In this document: positions 45,001 to 60,000 of the stretch, piece after piece
Layout of the letters: every line of letters begins with the position of its first letter
Position numbering within the stretch: the first letter of the stretch is position 1
Assembly: GCA_037379345.1 (NCBI GenBank)
Contig: CM074518.1
Coordinates: forward strand, 7,440,001-7,504,000
DNA from: Perna viridis
Lineage: Eukaryota
Direction: 5' to 3'
DNA: 64,000 nt
Made by a program: the position numbers and the translations under genes
The notes under the pieces: generated by a model
What the model was told of the DNA's origin: nothing
Database searches by the model: none
What the model saw: the letters and a program-made list of their open reading frames with translations, nothing else

Positions 45001-48000
45001 TCAAACCATTTCTTGTTCGACATGATCAGACATACTGAACTAGGAAGATGTAGATCTAAGATGATGTCTTGAGTGAGTTTCTACATAAAATTAAGTATTT
45101 TTAATAAATAAATGCCTGTTAACATTTTAAATTTGTAACTTGACAATCTTTAACTATTTTTAAAAGTAGTCTTAATAATTTTTTTCATTGAAGGCCCAAT
45201 CACAGTTCAGGTTGTTGTTTTTTCACTGCTCGATGCATGTAGGACAATTTTTGTCTCTAGGACAAATTTCCCAATTTCCTATTTCTTTTCTATAAAAAAA
45301 AACTACAAATTTTGATAGGTCAAGGGTATAAAAAGAAATGACTGATTCCATCATACCATCAACTCATTGAGTGGGTTATAAAATTCAAGCTAAAATGACC
45401 CTTCTTTGATCAAAATGATCAAATCAGACTAACTTGTTACGTATCTATACACACCTAAACAATAACCTGAATATCCAGAACTAGAGGATTCAAAACTTAC
45501 AATATACTTACATCTGATAGAATAATCAAGAGAACCAAGGTTATAGTGGAAATCAATAGAATGTAATCCAGGGACAAAGACCAGACATGGAAAACAGACA
45601 TACACAACAAAGAACACAAAGTAACTGAAGTCATACATAACTGAAGTCATACATAAAATGTAACAAAAGCAAATGAGCAACTTGGACTCCACCAAAAACT
45701 GGGAGCATGGACCAGGTACAACGGTAGGGTAAGCGTCCTCTGCTTTTCTAGAAACATCCGCCGAGTTGCTCATAAAAAGTCAAGTTCGGGGTAGACAAAA
45801 GAGGAACGGAAAACAATGGCACATTGAATAAATCAGTTTTCATGGCCCAGATGGGTCACCATAACAATCCTTGAGTTCATGATGACAACCATTAAACTTC
45901 TGTAGTATCATTCACTTCCATGGTAACTCCAATCAAAGTATGGAATTGTTTTACAATGAAAGTAGTTTTAAAAAGAAAAGTTAAAAGATTTTTGAAGTTC
46001 TGAGGCACCAGGTGATAACACCTGATACTGATATAGAACTTGTATTGTTTGCTCTGAAAGTTTTTCAGTTGGCACAATGGTTGTCTGACACTAACTTATC
46101 CATGAAATACCTTGGGTTTTTTTCATTACACCAAACATGTACTTTTTAAAGCTAATTATGAATAATATAGCATTCATTTGTAAAGGTGAAATAAAAATGG
46201 TGAAATGTTAAAACCTGAAATAATTATTCATATACAATAACATCACATATAATAGTTGTTTTTTTTATTTCAACCAAATTTTTGTAACTAACATTAGAAT
46301 TCATTTTTGAAATAAGAATTTCATACAAGCTTTACATGAAGAAATTTCATTTCACTACAGGTATTATTTCCTTCAATTAAATATCCATTTCAACAAAACT
46401 TCAATCATTTCTTCAGAATAAGTAGTTAAACTTCAATATCTTCACACAGAAAATCAATTTATAATCACATCAATACCTACTGCAATCATTCTGATAAAAT
46501 CAGCACCCATATGAAAATATACTGCACTTTCAATCACAATCTTGATTCTGTTTTTGATAAAGCATTTGTGATTCCAATCAAACTATTGAAATAGACAGGA
46601 TGCATGCCATGGTGAGAGTGTATGACAAATGCTATTATTATGCACTGACTGACTTTGACAATTAAAAACAAACCTCTCACCATCAATAGTTGAATACCTC
46701 TAAGGAAGTAGTAAGAATATCAAAGCTTCAAATAAGAGAAAATCCATGGACACGACAAAACCAGGAAGACTAAATCAGACAAAGATAAAGTCACATAACA
46801 CAAAGGAATTAAAACACAGAGAAACAAGCAGTACAAAAACACCAAAAGGATTGGAAATGGAGAGTATCAGGTCATTGTGACAACCATAGTATTTCTACAG
46901 GTATGACTCCAATCTAAGGACAATTAATCATGTCCTGGAACATTATATTTCAGCTACTGAACCTTATGTTGTATTGGTAGCAGTATTTAGTCATGTGTTT
47001 GAGTTGTAAAAACTAGAAAAACTGTGAGCAATGCTCCCTAAATTGATACCTCCTACTCCCTCATTATATAACATTCACTTTTTAAACTTCATTTTGTTTT
47101 GGATCAAAATCTAAAATAGGAGGTGTACAATGTGATAACGATTCTGTGAAAATTTTATTTCATTCAGTGGTAAAGGAGGAGTAATGGATAAGAGATAGGC
47201 TCCCTTGTTCCATATTATCAAATGACAAAGTCCATGTTTTGATGTGTGAAACCCCCAAATTGATTCAGATCAAAATCTAAAATAGAAGGTGCACAATTGG
47301 CACATGTAATAAAGATTCTGTAAAGGTTTCATTCAATTCCATTCAGTGGTGTAGGAGAAGTAACTGATAAGAGATGGAGGCCCCTTGTTTCTCATATTAA
47401 CAAATGACCAAATCCATGTTTTGCTATGTGAAACCCCAAAAGTGATTTGGATCAAGATCTGAAATATAAGGTGCACAATAAGAATATGTGATAAAGATTC
47501 TGTGAAAGTTTCATTCAATTCCATTCAGTGGTGTGGGAGGAGTAACGTATAAGTGATAGGTCCCCTTTGTGTAATGGATAGACAGACAGACAACCCTATC
47601 ATTATATACATTGTAAGTGGGGATAATAAAACTTCACAAGCTGGAGCAGCTGAAATGTTACTTTATAGGAAAGAAAAGTTGACAATGTTTTGCACCTGTC
47701 ATAGAACTCAATTAAAACCCTGCCTCTTTATGAATCAATCTGTTCATATTTCAAGCTTTTTCGGACAGTTGTGATGAAAATAGGCACCTAACTTATGATT
47801 ATTATTTGGCACAGCATAATTACAAAACATTATACCATAATAATCAGACCTCTTTGTAGTAGCCAAGTTCATATTCATATATTATAGACAGATACTGCAA
47901 TTAACTCTTTATTTAAAAGACAATGGATGCAGACGGCTTCCTACAAAAACATCTTCTAATAAATTACATATTTACAGAAAAAATCATTTATCAATTTTAA

Positions 48001-51000
48001 TTTGACACTAACTTTATTTAGATCCAATATATGAAATTATTACAATTCATCTTTTTCATTGCAGTTTACATTATCAGTACACATTTGGCCAAATCAATTA
48101 ATAATGTTATCAGACATGCCAATAAATAATAATATCAAACCCAACCAATAAATGCTGATACCAGACATAAGACAGGTGTATCCTTTGGCATTTACAAGCA
48201 ATTCAGACTAATAATTTCCATTTCACTTGAATTCAAATGTACTATCATTATTCGAACATCCATTTCAAGACCAAACTCATATCCAAAGAATTTTCTCAAT
48301 CTTCTCCTAAAAATAAAAAGCCTGATAAATAATGGGAAAGGAAATCACAGGAAAAGCATGATTACATCACAATTTTTTGGTCAGAATCGTCAAGTGTTAC
48401 GTTAATGTAACTCCATCAGCTTGGTAATGAACAGAACTTCTTGTTTTCAGTGCTTAAAGACCGATAACTCTAAAAACAACTAGAAACTAAAAAAAACTAT
48501 GAGCAATGATCACTAACTTGATACGCACCCCAACTCCCCCACTTAATAATTAAAAGTTTCATTCAATTCAGTGATATAGGAGGTCTGTAACAGATAAGTG
48601 ATGCCCCCCCCCCCACACCGTGTAACAGAAGGCATGAATATGCACGGAAGAATAGACACCCCCATCACTATATACCCTCCACTTAGCAAAACAGGGTACA
48701 ATAGTAAGAGAAGCTCAAAAGGAGTTTCACCCACTTCAAAATGGAGTTAAATGTTAAATGTAATTCCCTGAAGTTTAATTATATTCCATTGTAGTCCCAA
48801 AAATAGCAATTATATTCTTTCATGCACATCTGCATGTCATGTCAAACATTCCTATAAAATTTCATCAAATCTGACGGAGGGTTAAGTAGTTTTATTATGT
48901 AAAACCTTCAAGGTGGATCATCTCCCTTTGTCACATTCCATTATCAAATCATAATTTAAGTTTGGTTTCTCATCAAATACCTCGGTTTCAAACACCTACC
49001 ATTGCCCACTATTACCTGAAGTAGCCTGAAATCATGATTTTTGAGAACCTTCATTGTATCTTGAACACCTATACTTGTACTAAACAACAGTGTGTGGTGT
49101 GATTTCAGTCCAATCAATGGGAGATAAAAAACACAATCTTAGGGGTGGTCGAATGCACAGACCACAGAACCAAAGCAATATGTATTCCCTGAGACATTGA
49201 GTTATACACCTGTATTCCATGAGACATTGAGTTACATATCTGTATTCCTATTTTTGAATCTTTAATATTAATTCATCATTTGGAATATTAATATACAAAG
49301 ACTTACCACATAAGTAACAGTTTTATCAAATAAAAACCTCTTAAACAATAACAAACCAAAACAATCATTATAAATACAACAACATTAAGAAAAAAACACA
49401 AAAATCTAAACATTTATATTATATACCATCAACCTTTTTAAAAAAAAATACCACTGTTAATCAAAAGTTAATAACACTGTCAACCAGAATGGGTATTAGA
49501 CAGGGAACCATGCTTTACAACATCAAAATAACGTATTAAAATTGTCAACCAAAACAAAACCTGGCCAACAGAAAAATAACAATGATAAAAACTGGAATTA
49601 TCATTAAATGGTCACGGACTATAACACTAAATACTCAAGAGGTCAATAAAATTGGAATATTATCAAGTTAAAATATTCATTTTAAACTTAGAGAAGATAA
49701 GTAAAAAACTTTTTTACTTTTAAAAGTCCTATCCCCCCCAAAAAAATTAACTATTATATATCTATCTTTATCAAATCTGATAATAACCTTATAACCTAAT
49801 TTAATAAATATCTCCTGAAATAGATATGAATACATTTCAAAAAGATTTTATGGGTATAAAACTCCTTCATATCTTTTGTAAAATATCAATTTTACAAATG
49901 ACTTCATGTGAACCTTTAATTGGATCAAATCTATGATTTTTTTTAATACCTTTTTTTCAAAAATTTGGAAGTGACCATTCCAATGAGAATTATTGACACA
50001 GAGACAAAACCAAATAGATATCACTTACAGCCAGAAGTTTCTCCATTACTCAAAGCAGCTTAAAGCAGGGATAAAACATCTGATTAAAAATAAGTAAAAT
50101 TAAAGCAGTTATCTCCCTTTGTGTAGTTCAATGCTTACATTCCTTAAAATACACCAGGTAGTAGATCATTTGAGCAAAAGATGAAAAAGAAACTATATTT
50201 AAAGAAATATGTTTGTAAGGACCTAATATATTACCCCAAATGAAAATAACTAGTCAAAGATTACAAATTTAAGCAAAGATTCACAATTTTTTCCCATGTT
50301 TCATGTTTCGCAAACAAAATATAAATAAAATAATAACACCTGCCAAGCTGCTACGGTTTATAATGTACAAAAGAGAGCAATATAATGAAGAAATGTGCAT
50401 TAGAAGTTATATCAGTGCTGTTGTATGAAAGCCACTCTTACACTACACAGAACAACTATTCTTGGAAATAGGAATGTAAACTTCAATATCAATTTAAAAA
50501 CTTTAAGCTTTTGACAACACTATCTATAAAATATCATTACAATTTTTATAATGGTGTCTGGTTCATATGTCCCATGTCCAATTTTTCCCAACCAATTTGT
50601 CCCATATTTTTTCCAATTCATCCCAATTTTTGACAATTTGTCCCCTCTTACTTAACCTTGAATTTGAATCATTTTATTTTTTAAACATATGAAATAAAAT
50701 GATTGATAAACTTGTATATGACACCTTGATAAGTTTCATAAAAGCATTAGCAATTAATTATTACAAGTGATCTTTACAAATACGTATAGAAAAGAAATAC
50801 ATTGGAGAGCTAGATGGTCTTTCATTAACTGAAGGCAGATAACTCACTTGTTTAACAAATGTATATTAATTTAAAAAAAAAATACTTACAGTACTTCTTT
50901 TATGCTTGGTTTTGTTTTATTTTTTGTTTTTATTACTAGCATGATGATCTTTTTATCAACTACTTTCTTTTCAGGATTGAATGTTGAATTACTCAGAATG

Positions 51001-54000
51001 AGAGGTCTATTATATGGATGCTATGAGTGTTTATATTGAACATGTGTTGAGTTGGTGTTACATTGATGTTGAATGCAATTTTCGTTTTACTCAGTACACA
51101 GTAGCACAGGTTTTTTTTTAAATGAGTGATTACAAGTGAGGGAGAAAGACAAGTAATATTACATGAGCATGCAAGTTACACTCACATAATTAAATGGGGT
51201 AGAAGTTGTTGCTTGTTTTAAAAAATGCAGTGTACAAAATGTGAACTTTCCTTTGTAAGAATAAAAAATCAAAATTTCTCATCTAGTTTATCTACTTTTG
51301 TACAAAACAAAAATCCAAAATATTTCCCATTTTTAAATTATAAATTGAAAAAGAACAAAAGCAAAACAAAAAAAAACAAAAATGTAGTCAAGACTTCAGG
51401 TCTGGTAAAGTAATACCCTTTAAAAATTAATCCAAAACAAAAGGTAAAATATAACCAAGAATAACACATGACAAACATCATATCCTGAAACAAAAACCAT
51501 TTCTAAAAATATTGGACAAATTGACCTAGGACAAAATGGAATTCGGACAAATTGACCAAAATTGGGACCAATTGACCTGTATACTTTATAACCCATTGTA
51601 CATATTTGTTCATGTTTTTTTTCATTATTTCTTTGTCCTGGTGTCACAACCCATAAAAACAAATTTGTACCAGAAAAGCAGCATAACATATCAAAAACCT
51701 ACCTGCAAAAGGTTCTAGATCATCTCCAAGGAGGACTTCCTGACTACCACTAGTGCTAGCACGAGACTTTCTTCTGTAAATCACTTCCGTCTCTTCTTTT
51801 TGGTCCTTGTTCTCCATAGTATTTTCCTTTTCTACTGCTACCTTAGTTCCTCCGGCTTCAGGAGCACCAACCATTGGTGTTTTACTACAACATTGATTAG
51901 AATCATCTGATGATGGCTCAGATTCCTCAATAATTTTATCATCAGTTGCCAAATCCTCAGTGAATGTCTCTACTTCTCGAGAACTACGTTTGCACTGCAA
52001 GTAAACATTTTTTAGTTCAAGAACAAGTGAATTGTGCACCAATAATAAAGACATGTACAACAAATGATTAAGATAAATCTGTGAGCCCACTAGCCCCTGC
52101 ATCCTGATGTCAATGTGATAAACCCAACATTAGAATTCAAAAACAATGCATCTTTCTTCATTAAGGAGAATAATGGGTTACAAAAAGTTCACAGCCATAA
52201 ATTAAAGTTGAAGGATGGAATAAATAATAATTTATGATTGACTTACTGAGGAAACTAAGGCAATTTTCTGTTCTATTCCTTTCATTGCTGTTTGGGGTGA
52301 TGGTGGTGGGAAGTCAGGTGTCGGTGGCTGGGGATAACCTGTAGGGGTGGTAGGAAACTCTTGGTCATTTAATCTCTTCTTGGCAAATTCTAGAGAATCT
52401 GGCTTTGATGCTGTAAAATATTCATTGGTGAAAATCTTAATAGAGTTTACTACTTCATATTCTTTGTGTCAAATTTTCAACAGCATATTATTGCAACAGA
52501 AACAAAGTTTATTACAACATCAAATCCATCAAAAAGAAATTAAAGGAAGGATGAATTATATGTATGAAAGATGTAAAACTACAGTTTTAGTTTATTAAAC
52601 ATCGAATAAAAAAGTGAAACATCTCGCTATAACTTCAACTATATATACAAACAATCAAAATACAGGGAGCTATGTGTGATAATATAATACTGGTAAAAAA
52701 AAAAAACAGTAAATGAAAAACTTTTGAGCAAGTCCTACTTCTGATATCTCCATCAGACTGTTTTCTCTCTGAGGTACCATTGGATAATCTCTTCTCATCA
52801 ACAACCAGATCTTTAGATAGATCTCCTCTATCAGATTTAGGGGGCAGCTCTGGTACCTGGGGGTCAGAACGCCGACTTGATTTTACACGAGCTGGTGCCT
52901 TTGGAGTCTCACAATCAACTTGATCACTACTTTCAGATTCTGTGCGAGATTTTCTACTCCCAGTGGAGCTTTTTCTACTTATTTGACCACTATCACTAGA
53001 CTTAGAATCTCTTTGACTACAATGGACTGGAATGTCATTTTCATTGTCCTTTTCACAAGGAATGCCTTTGTTTTGAGATTTTTCAGGAATGTTACTTTCA
53101 CTTTGTAAAGAAGCTGGAATGCTACTGACACTTTTATCACATGATTTTGGAATGTTACAATTTGTAGAGCTATTAGGAATGCTTCTTCTTTTATCACAGT
53201 TAAGGGAACCACAATCTGTTGCAGACAAGTTTTCAGTTACTTTTGAATTCTGCATTACAGAGGCTACATTTGTATATGTATTATCAGCTTCCTCTGTACT
53301 GGTTCTAGAATGGGAGAAACCAGATGAAGTCCTACTTGAGATACTACTTTCAGATTTGGCAAGGTTTTGGTTTGAAGACTTTGAATCTCTGTAATCAGAA
53401 AATGGCACAGATGGACTAGCAGAATGTCTTTCAGCAGGCTCTCCAATGTTTGAATACATAGGGTCAGAAACTGGGTCACAAGACCCTGCATCAGAACTAG
53501 AGTCAAACTTTAAACCTGGGAATAAGTTTCCATATAAATCCTCTTCATCATTTTTCTTTGGCATATTAGACATGGTTTCATAATCCTCTTTATCTAAATC
53601 AACACTAGCTGTCTGACGAACCTGTAAAGGACTATGCTTCCTCATTGGAGCTGGGCTTTTCTTTCTTGGTGGCTTGGCTGGAGTTTTCTGAAAAAACATC
53701 AAATGTTAAAATAGTTCACATATTACATTTAAAAAAAATTACAATGACACAGTTGGTACATTAAAAAAATCACTGTCATGACAACATCACACTTTAATAC
53801 TAAAACCATATTAAGTTGTGTATGATCCACCCCTTTTCCTAGATAATGAGTTAAGCAAGATAGGTAAGTGAATTATACACCAAAGTAGTATATATTTTGT
53901 TCCAGAGAAAAAACTTTTCCAAGTCCAGCCCCAAAACCCCAACCCCCAATGATCTATACTATGTAAAGCTATATCTTTTTAGCTGGACTGAGGTTAGATC

Positions 54001-57000
54001 CTCCCATCCCTCAATGATCAACACTATGTTGAGGTATACCTTTTTAGTTGCTGGACTGAGGTTAGATCCATTCTTCATCACTAGATATCCTTAAATATGG
54101 CAATAAAAAGATAAGTTACCTACATATATAAAAAAAAATCTGAAAGAAAGCATGTCTGTAAAACAGTTATAATGGAAAACTAAAAACTAAAAAACTTTAA
54201 GTACATTTTCATAAAAAAAAATAATAAAACATAAGTGATTATGGGCTATTGTACCAAGAATAAAGATAACAAGAAAAAATTCCCAACTGCTGATGTTTTT
54301 TTTTGGTCAATTTACAATTTAAATGATACCGCATATAAAGACAATGCAAAAATTCCAAGCAGAATAAAACTTACTCATTTGTGAATTAAAATAATTTGTC
54401 ATAAATTTAATTCATGTAAGAACAAAGTGTATTGGAACATATTAATATTCAGTGCTGCTGGTATTTACATATCTTAACAGAATGGTATAATTTTGCAAAC
54501 TTTCACAATTTAACAAGATTCACAAAGAATATTAATAAGATGGCTGTAAATAATGACCTACATTTGCTAAATGTGGGCCTACGTTATAAGTCCTAAGAAC
54601 AAAAACAAGAGCCTAAACCAAACCTACTGTGTTAGCTTTTGATGGACTGTAAACATTATTAATTATTGTGCGAAAAACTGGAAACCCCCTTTTTTAATGA
54701 ATAATAATTTCAATAACTCAAGATTAAAAAACTTGAATTTTTTAAACCGTTAACGAGAGCTTATCACTATACATTTTCTAAAAGTTTAATTGAATTTGTG
54801 CAAGCATTTTTTGAGTGACCGTGTGAAAATTTGTGAAACAGACTGACAAGGGTAAAACAATATGCCCCCCCCCCCCACAACTTTCAATTTCGGAAGAATA
54901 AACAGAAATGTCAAAGAACAGAAACAAATTATACATTTATTTCTCATCTTTCTAATTTAACACCAAACACCCTCAACAGAAACCAGATAGGCTGTGTTGT
55001 TCTCATTGTATATTTAAACATCAGATATTAATTGATGATTTTATCAATATATCAAAAACAAAGGCTAAGCAGGGAATAATACTATATCATTCCCTCAACT
55101 GGTAACTATAGCTTTTAATTAAGTTCCTTAGTTTTAGATATTACAATTACTGTATTTTATATTTTATTGAAAAATCAAACCTGTTTCTCTACTGGATATC
55201 ACACATTTAAGGGATGTTATGTTACTTACCATTCGAACATGATGTACATAGCTACGTATACAAATGTTAGCCTTATAATTCTACATATATAATTGCCTTA
55301 GACTTAAAATACATCCAAATACCAGTTTTTGGTCATTTCTTCCAAGATATAATCTCAATATTGCTATTTGAAAAAGGTTTAAGTTAAAATTATTTTTATG
55401 AGGTCAAAAAGTTGTTTTATTTGTTATTTACCTTAACCAAAATCAAGACAAAACTGAATGGAACAAAACATGGACAGATAGTTTTAAAAATTTACTTTAG
55501 TTTAAAATAGTACTGATGTGGAAGTAATCAGAGGGTGAGGAAACAACAGGAAGAGATGACCATATTGTTTATATTTTGCAGATATATATAAAGCAAAGAT
55601 TGCTGTTTAATCACCTATGTCATGAATGTTGGCATATAGATCCTCTGAAAGTTGTTTTTATAGTCAATTACAATAATGTTTAACAGAACCCATGAAACAT
55701 TTTTTTTTACAAAAGATGAATAACATATTTAAAATAGAAATATTGACTTATATGATAAGAAAAATCAAACAAAATATGATATCATAACCAACACTAAATT
55801 CACTACAGTCCAGCACTTTTCAGATATTTAAGAGACATTTAACATAATTCTATAAAAATTAAAACTAATTTCATTTCACAAAATTTTACCATGTAAAGGT
55901 TCTGTAGATCCTCCATGACAAGGTGAAGGACTATCTAGTATCTCCTGGCTTTTAGCTCGAACTGGAGGCATATCTTCTACAACCATATCAGAACTTGATG
56001 ATGTACTTTTTGGTGGGAGGAGGGGTATGTCATCAGTCTTTGGTGGGAGCGGTGGGATTGAATCAGTTTCTTTCTTTGGTAAACCTGGTGGAAATTCTCT
56101 ATTTGGACTCTTTGGTGAATAGACAGACTTCCTAGGTGCAGGTTCGGGTGGTGATTGAGGAGCCTTCTCTACCCTAAATATGCATCCAATAAAAATACCT
56201 TGTATATCAGATAATTATGAAATAAAGGTTTAGTTGGCACTTTTTCTCTCTATTATGTACTGTAAACTGAAATAGTAGCTGATCTTCATAACTATCAAAC
56301 AAAAATTATGATCATGCAAAGGAATATTTACAAGATTTTATGATTGAATAACAAAAATACAAATAAAATTAACCATAAATCAATATGCTACTTTGTGAAG
56401 ATGTCAATAGTGAATTTCTAGTTTACAAGCAAAGAAAAATGTCATCAAAAAAAATTTAAGCCATTCTTTTGCATAAGAAATCTACATAAGGTCATAACTA
56501 CTTCTTTCATGTAATATATACAATTATGTCATACATTTCTTTTTCTTAATTCAAAGTATTCAATTGTATTGATATCTTTTTGTTGTTTGATTTTATTTTA
56601 CGACAAAAACATTGTGCATAAACTTTACCTATTTTTTATTTTACTTTTATCAGGTTTTGTGTATAATGCAGATTTTCTCTCTTCTTCCTGACCAGAGTCA
56701 CCTACGGAAGGTCTTGGTTTTGGTTTCGGTTTAGATGGACTGCTTGCCTCATCAGAGTTATCTCCCTTGGCATCTTTACCCTCATTATCAACAGATGGAG
56801 CAGGTGGTGGGGCACTTTCCCGTACATTGAAGGATGTGTCATACACGTTGTCTTCTGACACCATACTATGATCTGTAAAATACATATGTCTGGTTTCACT
56901 TATGTGAATTCTGATCTTATTAATGAATAAATATGTTATTATATGTTCCAAAGTGTATCATTTTTTTTTTATTTCTAGTAATAAATTAAGTTGTTTAACT

Positions 57001-60000
57001 CTACTTTGTGCAACTATAAAGACAAACAACAAAAACTGTGAGTAAGTTAACTTGTTGATACCCACCAGAAAGAAAAAATACGAGAAACCCCATAAGTGAT
57101 TTAAAGCATTCAGATGGAAAAACAAAATAAAAGGTGCACAATGGCATAAATTAATAAAATCCTACAAGTTAATGAACTGTTATTCCTTTTTATAGCTGAT
57201 CAATGAACAAAAAGTGGATAGTTTGTTGAGAATATTGAGGGTATCCACTTTATCAGTTTTCGAAACATAATCATATGCTATGTTAAAACTGGTTAAGGGG
57301 GCTTCATGTGGTTGAGCAAAACATGAAAAGTTTAAGGATAATGGATGCCAAGTGATGGCATAAAGTGATTTAAATATGAACCAAAAGTTCATAAACCACT
57401 GAGACTTACTTTATACTTATAAAATCAACATTATACATTTGTTATAAGGGATGATTTTATGATAGGTATTAACAGTATCTATAACATCATATATACACTA
57501 CTGTGGTCAATTCGGTAACATTTGACTAATAAATCTCATCTTCTTAGGCCAATTCAATGAAGACATATATTATACATTGAATGCAGAGTAATTGACTTTT
57601 CACTTAATAGACTTAAACTACATACAACAAGAATGGGTATGGTGCATATGTTAAAGAGACAACAACCATACATGAATGAAAATGTCAACTCAAGACCAAC
57701 CATTCATCTTCAATGAATGACGAGGAAATCTTAACACCACATCATTATACACAGCCAAAGAGTTGCTCCATTGTACTCAAGTAACATAAAAATAAACTAC
57801 AGGTGAAAACAAAACAAGTTATACAGAGGCCAGAAATTCCTGACTTGGGACAGGAGCAAAAAATGTGGCGAGGTTAAAGAACTTTGGCGTGATCACAACC
57901 CTCACCCTTTAAAATCTGGTCACTGTGAATTTAAACACACCTAATAAACTGTTATCACAGAGATATGTCTCGCCTGTTCAATATTGTCAATATAATGGTG
58001 CTTGTTAAATATTATTTTTTGTGTTGCTTTTATATTTTGCATAAAAATATGAAATCACAAAAGTATCATTTTTGTGTTACCATTACAAAATGGCTAGGCG
58101 ACAGATGGATGAACACTCAACTAAAATTTTATGGAGGCCATCAGAAAATACCTCGCCACTTTGTGAGGCAAGGTATAAAAACTGGTCACATAATTACAAC
58201 ATGTTTGATGACTAAATGTATATAATATTATGAAATAGGAAAGGACTGAGGAATTGGAATATCTAACTTAATTTAATTTAAAGATGTGAAATATTTCAAG
58301 TGGAAAATTATTTTTAAAATAACATCATTATGAATGGCAAAAAAAATTTTTTTGCAGCTAGGGATTAATTTCGTTTTATTACATCACACTGAGAAAGTAA
58401 GGCTTTAAGTAAAGATGGAATTTCAAATAAAATGTCTACATGAACTATAAGAAACCTTAATGTTAAACTTTAACATTTAATTAAGTCAACAGACCATGAC
58501 TGCGAGGGTATATATGTAAAATTGGCATGAATTTGTGATGCAATGATGGTAATGCATCTGTACACCAAATATCATTGACCTAGCATAAGGGTTCATGTTT
58601 AAATGAACTTGTCAGAAAACTCAGCATAAAGTTTGTGGATGCTGCCACCGCTGGAAAAGCAAAACGTAAGTCTCGCCTTTCATGATTTTCATCGCAGGCA
58701 AGACAAAAATCAGTTCAGAAAGATCAGAGTCCCTTGTTACAATGGAAATAAAGAAACTGAATAAAAATTACATAAATGTAAAAACTAAGGACTACTAGCA
58801 GTTAAGTGACATGCCAGCTCCAGACCAGTTTAAACCTACAAAAAGCTATGTCCCCTCACATTTACAAAAAAAGTTGTTCAAATATTTTTCTGAAGACATA
58901 AGTACAAAAACATATATCTGGTGTGCTCTTCTTCTTGCATTACTTCAAATTAAATTGAAATTAAAAATTTTGGCAAGATCTATCTTTGGATGTTTGATTT
59001 TGTCACATCTATCACAGGTGTCAAATAAATCCAAAATACAGGCCTGCTGAACAAACATATGTTTTTGCTGCTGCTCTGATTACAAAACAAATAAGATTTT
59101 ATACCAGTTTCATGATATGGTTACTCTAACCTCTGATAAACTTAGCTATCTCAGCATATTTAGGTTGTGACTGGTCATTCTTTAGTATTATCTCCAGTGC
59201 TTTTCTACCACGGCTATCTAATGCATGGATGTCGATACCTGAAAAAATCAAACATCAATATTCAAGTCCTTCAATGATTTCCAATACGACTTAGCCTATA
59301 AGGAGTAATGCTATTTGTACTTGACTACTGCCTTTGCTGATGATGCTATTCAGATTGATGTCTCCACATATGGGATTATGCAAGATTTCCTAGAACATCT
59401 GCTCTACAATTTGTTAAGTATCCAAACAATCAATACCGAATTCCATATATCATTTCCAACAAAACAAATCTGTACAATTTATCTTTCAGACCATTAACAC
59501 ATGTAGGATGTCTCTGACACCCTGTCCGTGCCATACCTTTCCAAAAATGTTTACCTAAATAGGTAACTAGTTGATATATAAACTGAAAATACACCATAAC
59601 AAAAACATAAGAGGCTAGCATCAGAGACATCATCTTTTTCTATGGTTTTACATGAAGGAAGCCTAATACTTATAGATATGGATCAATACCCAAAAATGCT
59701 CTGTTCAGTGATGTCTAGTTTATGGTAAACACATGTGTCCATTGAAACTTGAAATGAAAAATGTAACAGACCTTGAAAAAAATGTAATGGAATGAAAAGA
59801 TTGTTATTCAATGTACATTAATTGGACAAGTCATATTAAACAAAAACTAGAAAAACTGTAAGCAATGCTCACTAACTTGATACCATTGGATTACATGCAC
59901 CTTTTGACCTCCATTTTGATTTGAATCAAAATCTAAAACAGAGGTACATAATGGGAACATGTAATAAAGATTCTGTGAGTTTGAATAAATTCAATTCAGA

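Noticed and set aside
52920-53506. ORFs overlapping the large linker exon in other frames or the opposite strand
   Set aside because: Shadow ORFs of the real coding exon.
59105-59130. Extension of the 59131-59238 exon to a CTG|gtat donor
   Set aside because: In-frame TAG follows immediately; the GAG|gttaga donor keeps the frame.
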